27,509 nt of DNA from Gammaproteobacteria bacterium. Lineage in GTDB: Bacteria; Pseudomonadota; Gammaproteobacteria; JAJDYQ01. The position numbers and the translations under genes are program-made. The stretch is from positions 1-27,509 of the forward strand of contig JBFFRZ010000001.1 in the NCBI GenBank assembly GCA_041572715.1. The letters are read 5' to 3'. Each line of letters starts with the position of its first letter. The first letter of the stretch is position 1. Below the pieces are notes generated by a model. It did no database searches, was not told where the DNA came from, and saw only the letters and a program-made list of their open reading frames with translations. Positions 25,856 through 27,509 of the stretch are shown here, piece after piece.

Positions 25856-27255
25856 TGATTTATAACCTGGTCATTATCTCTGTCATCTTTGTACTGCTTC
25901 AGTTGGCCAACCTGACTGAACTGCTGTCGTATCTTTCACGGCCGCTGGTCACTGAAACAGCATCATTATTTGGCATCAATGCCATAAACCGGGGGACTGA
26001 CATCGTACTCGGTAGCGTGGTGCTTCCCTGGACACAGGATTGCTCGGGGGTAAATACACTGATCATACTGTGGGGGGTAACGCTATGGGCAAGCCGGAAT
26101 AAAAGACCAGGCAGACTGCTGGCCATCAGGATGATTCTCTGTATTCCGGCAGCATTAATCGCCAACATGCTGCGAATTTTTACGATTGCCGCATACAGAT
26201 ATATATTCTATCCGGCCTGGGAAAGTGAGGAGCTGCATTACTTTTTCGGCTTCCTGTGGCTAATCCCTTTTCTTTTTCTCTTCATTGATGATTTTCGTCG
26301 AATGGGCCGTTCGCGCTGGATTGAAATAATCCACCTTAGTCTAGTTCTCGCGCTGCTTGCGCCGGTAATCTTTGCACCGGGGGGCAGCCTGGTGGCTATC
26401 GCATCACTCTTTTACCTGGCTCATACACACACAAATAACGCCATCTCGGGAAAAACAGTGATTGCCTACCTGGTTTGGATAACTGCTGCGTTTGTCATCG
26501 CGTTATCGAGTATGGAGTCATTGTGGATTCCGTGGTTGCTGTTATGTCCCAGACTCGCGCCATGGAAAGTCGTCTTCTCATGGTCCGGCCTCGTCATACT
26601 TTCAGGGACCATCCTAGTTCTCGCCATGCATACGGAATGGCAGATGATTGTCGCGATGGCCCTCGTATACAGGGTAGTTCCGATCATCAGAGGCAGTCAG
26701 CAGAAATTATCGTTTGAAGCAGGCAAACCAGGCAACTTTGAACTGCCCTTGCTGGCACTGCTTGGCCTGGCCCCGTTCAGCCTGTCTGCTGCTATTGGCC
26801 TGACACACCCGGTTGAAATACCACCACCCGGGAATATGACCAGACAAATTACCATGAACAGCTACCAGATAGCCCTTACGGGTCAACCAGCTGATATACG
26901 AATGTACTGGTACGGTGCATACGGAGATGGCCGTCATCACTCACTTGAATCATGCATGCAGTTCAGAGGCCTGGAACTGGAGGCTCTACCCGAACAACCC
27001 GATGTATTGACCGGTGGAAAAATGTTGATGAAGGACTTCTATATACATGAAGGAAAGCTCCTCAACAGCTACAGCGAATATCTGCTCGCGAGTTTTTCCC
27101 CGTTTTCTGCGCCCGGTGTACACATCATACTTGACGCTCCGGCGGATTCGATGAGTGCATCCTACTTTTCAAGGAAAAGTGTTGAATTAGCCGAGCGGGT
27201 CCACGCATCGTACCGGGAAAGATCCATGAGAATTGCGCTTAACACGGCGCGATAG
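25855..27255 (+). CDS. Exosortase/archaeosortase-family transpeptidase with long C-terminal extension
   Basis: Cys63 (DCSG), Arg107 (ANMLRI) and His128 (LHYFFG) triad within TM segments; 1-bp TAATG overlap with the upstream gene. Confidence 0.85.
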   Translation: MIYNLVIISVIFVLLQLANLTELLSYLSRPLVTETASLFGINAINRGTDIVLGSVVLPWTQDCSGVNTLIILWGVTLWASRNKRPGRLLAIRMILCIPAALIANMLRIFTIAAYRYIFYPAWESEELHYFFGFLWLIPFLFLFIDDFRRMGRSRWIEIIHLSLVLALLAPVIFAPGGSLVAIASLFYLAHTHTNNAISGKTVIAYLVWITAAFVIALSSMESLWIPWLLLCPRLAPWKVVFSWSGLVILSGTILVLAMHTEWQMIVAMALVYRVVPIIRGSQQKLSFEAGKPGNFELPLLALLGLAPFSLSAAIGLTHPVEIPPPGNMTRQITMNSYQIALTGQPADIRMYWYGAYGDGRHHSLESCMQFRGLELEALPEQPDVLTGGKMLMKDFYIHEGKLLNSYSEYLLASFSPFSAPGVHIILDAPADSMSASYFSRKSVELAERVHASYRERSMRIALNTAR

Positions 27256-27509
27256 CGGGTAATAACATTCAATTTCACCTGGATTCGACCCGTATGTATT
27301 CAGAGCTACCACAGCACCCCTGAACCGGTATTCCCGCGCTTTATCTCCGGGCAGGACCGGCACCCAAGTGTGAGTTCGTGCTATTCAACAATCAGGCTTT
27401 CTGGATTAGGGTCGATTCAGTAAAAATGTGGATCCCAGAGCAAAAAATGCCGAATCGGACTGTTGCTCTTACCAAAATTGGTATCTCGCGCCAACCACAA
27501 AGTAAATGA

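Noticed and set aside
415-26940. Numerous 60-183 aa antisense or alternate-frame ORFs
   Set aside because: They lie largely within well-supported genes, with no motifs or ribosome-binding sites; shadow ORFs.
27256-27509. Gene or RNA at the right edge
   Set aside because: Only short ORFs and a weak GATTCGACCC/GGGTCGATTC inverted match; no tRNA-like or other recognisable structure.

Overview
A bacterial Wzx/Wzy-type exopolysaccharide locus; the taxon cannot be fixed from this window. Order: 3' end of a SpoIIE/PP2C phosphatase, an RsbW-like kinase and a STAS protein (partner switch); then an alkaline-phosphatase-superfamily enzyme, flippase, O-acyltransferase and three GT4s; then an ExeA-like ATPase, Wzc-like protein, Wza and a GH9. 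A reverse-strand operon holds a Wzy/O-antigen-ligase-family protein, a GT2 and a pol-beta-like nucleotidyltransferase. A divergent operon holds a fused GT26/phosphoglycosyltransferase, a degenerate NDP-sugar synthase, manC, a PEP-CTERM protein, a hypothetical protein and an exosortase-family protein. Four sigma-54 promoter candidates are associated with a repeated TTC(N)CA-N3-TGC(R)AA box resembling the Vibrio fischeri syp enhancer. The most striking feature is an old ~7.75 kb tandem duplication with reciprocal decay (8432-9117). It left an ATPase 5' relic, a second promoter/enhancer module and a STAS/GT chimeric ORF, which appears to give the export genes their own promoter. No RNA genes, CRISPR arrays or mobile elements were seen. 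All alignments and counts were done by eye.
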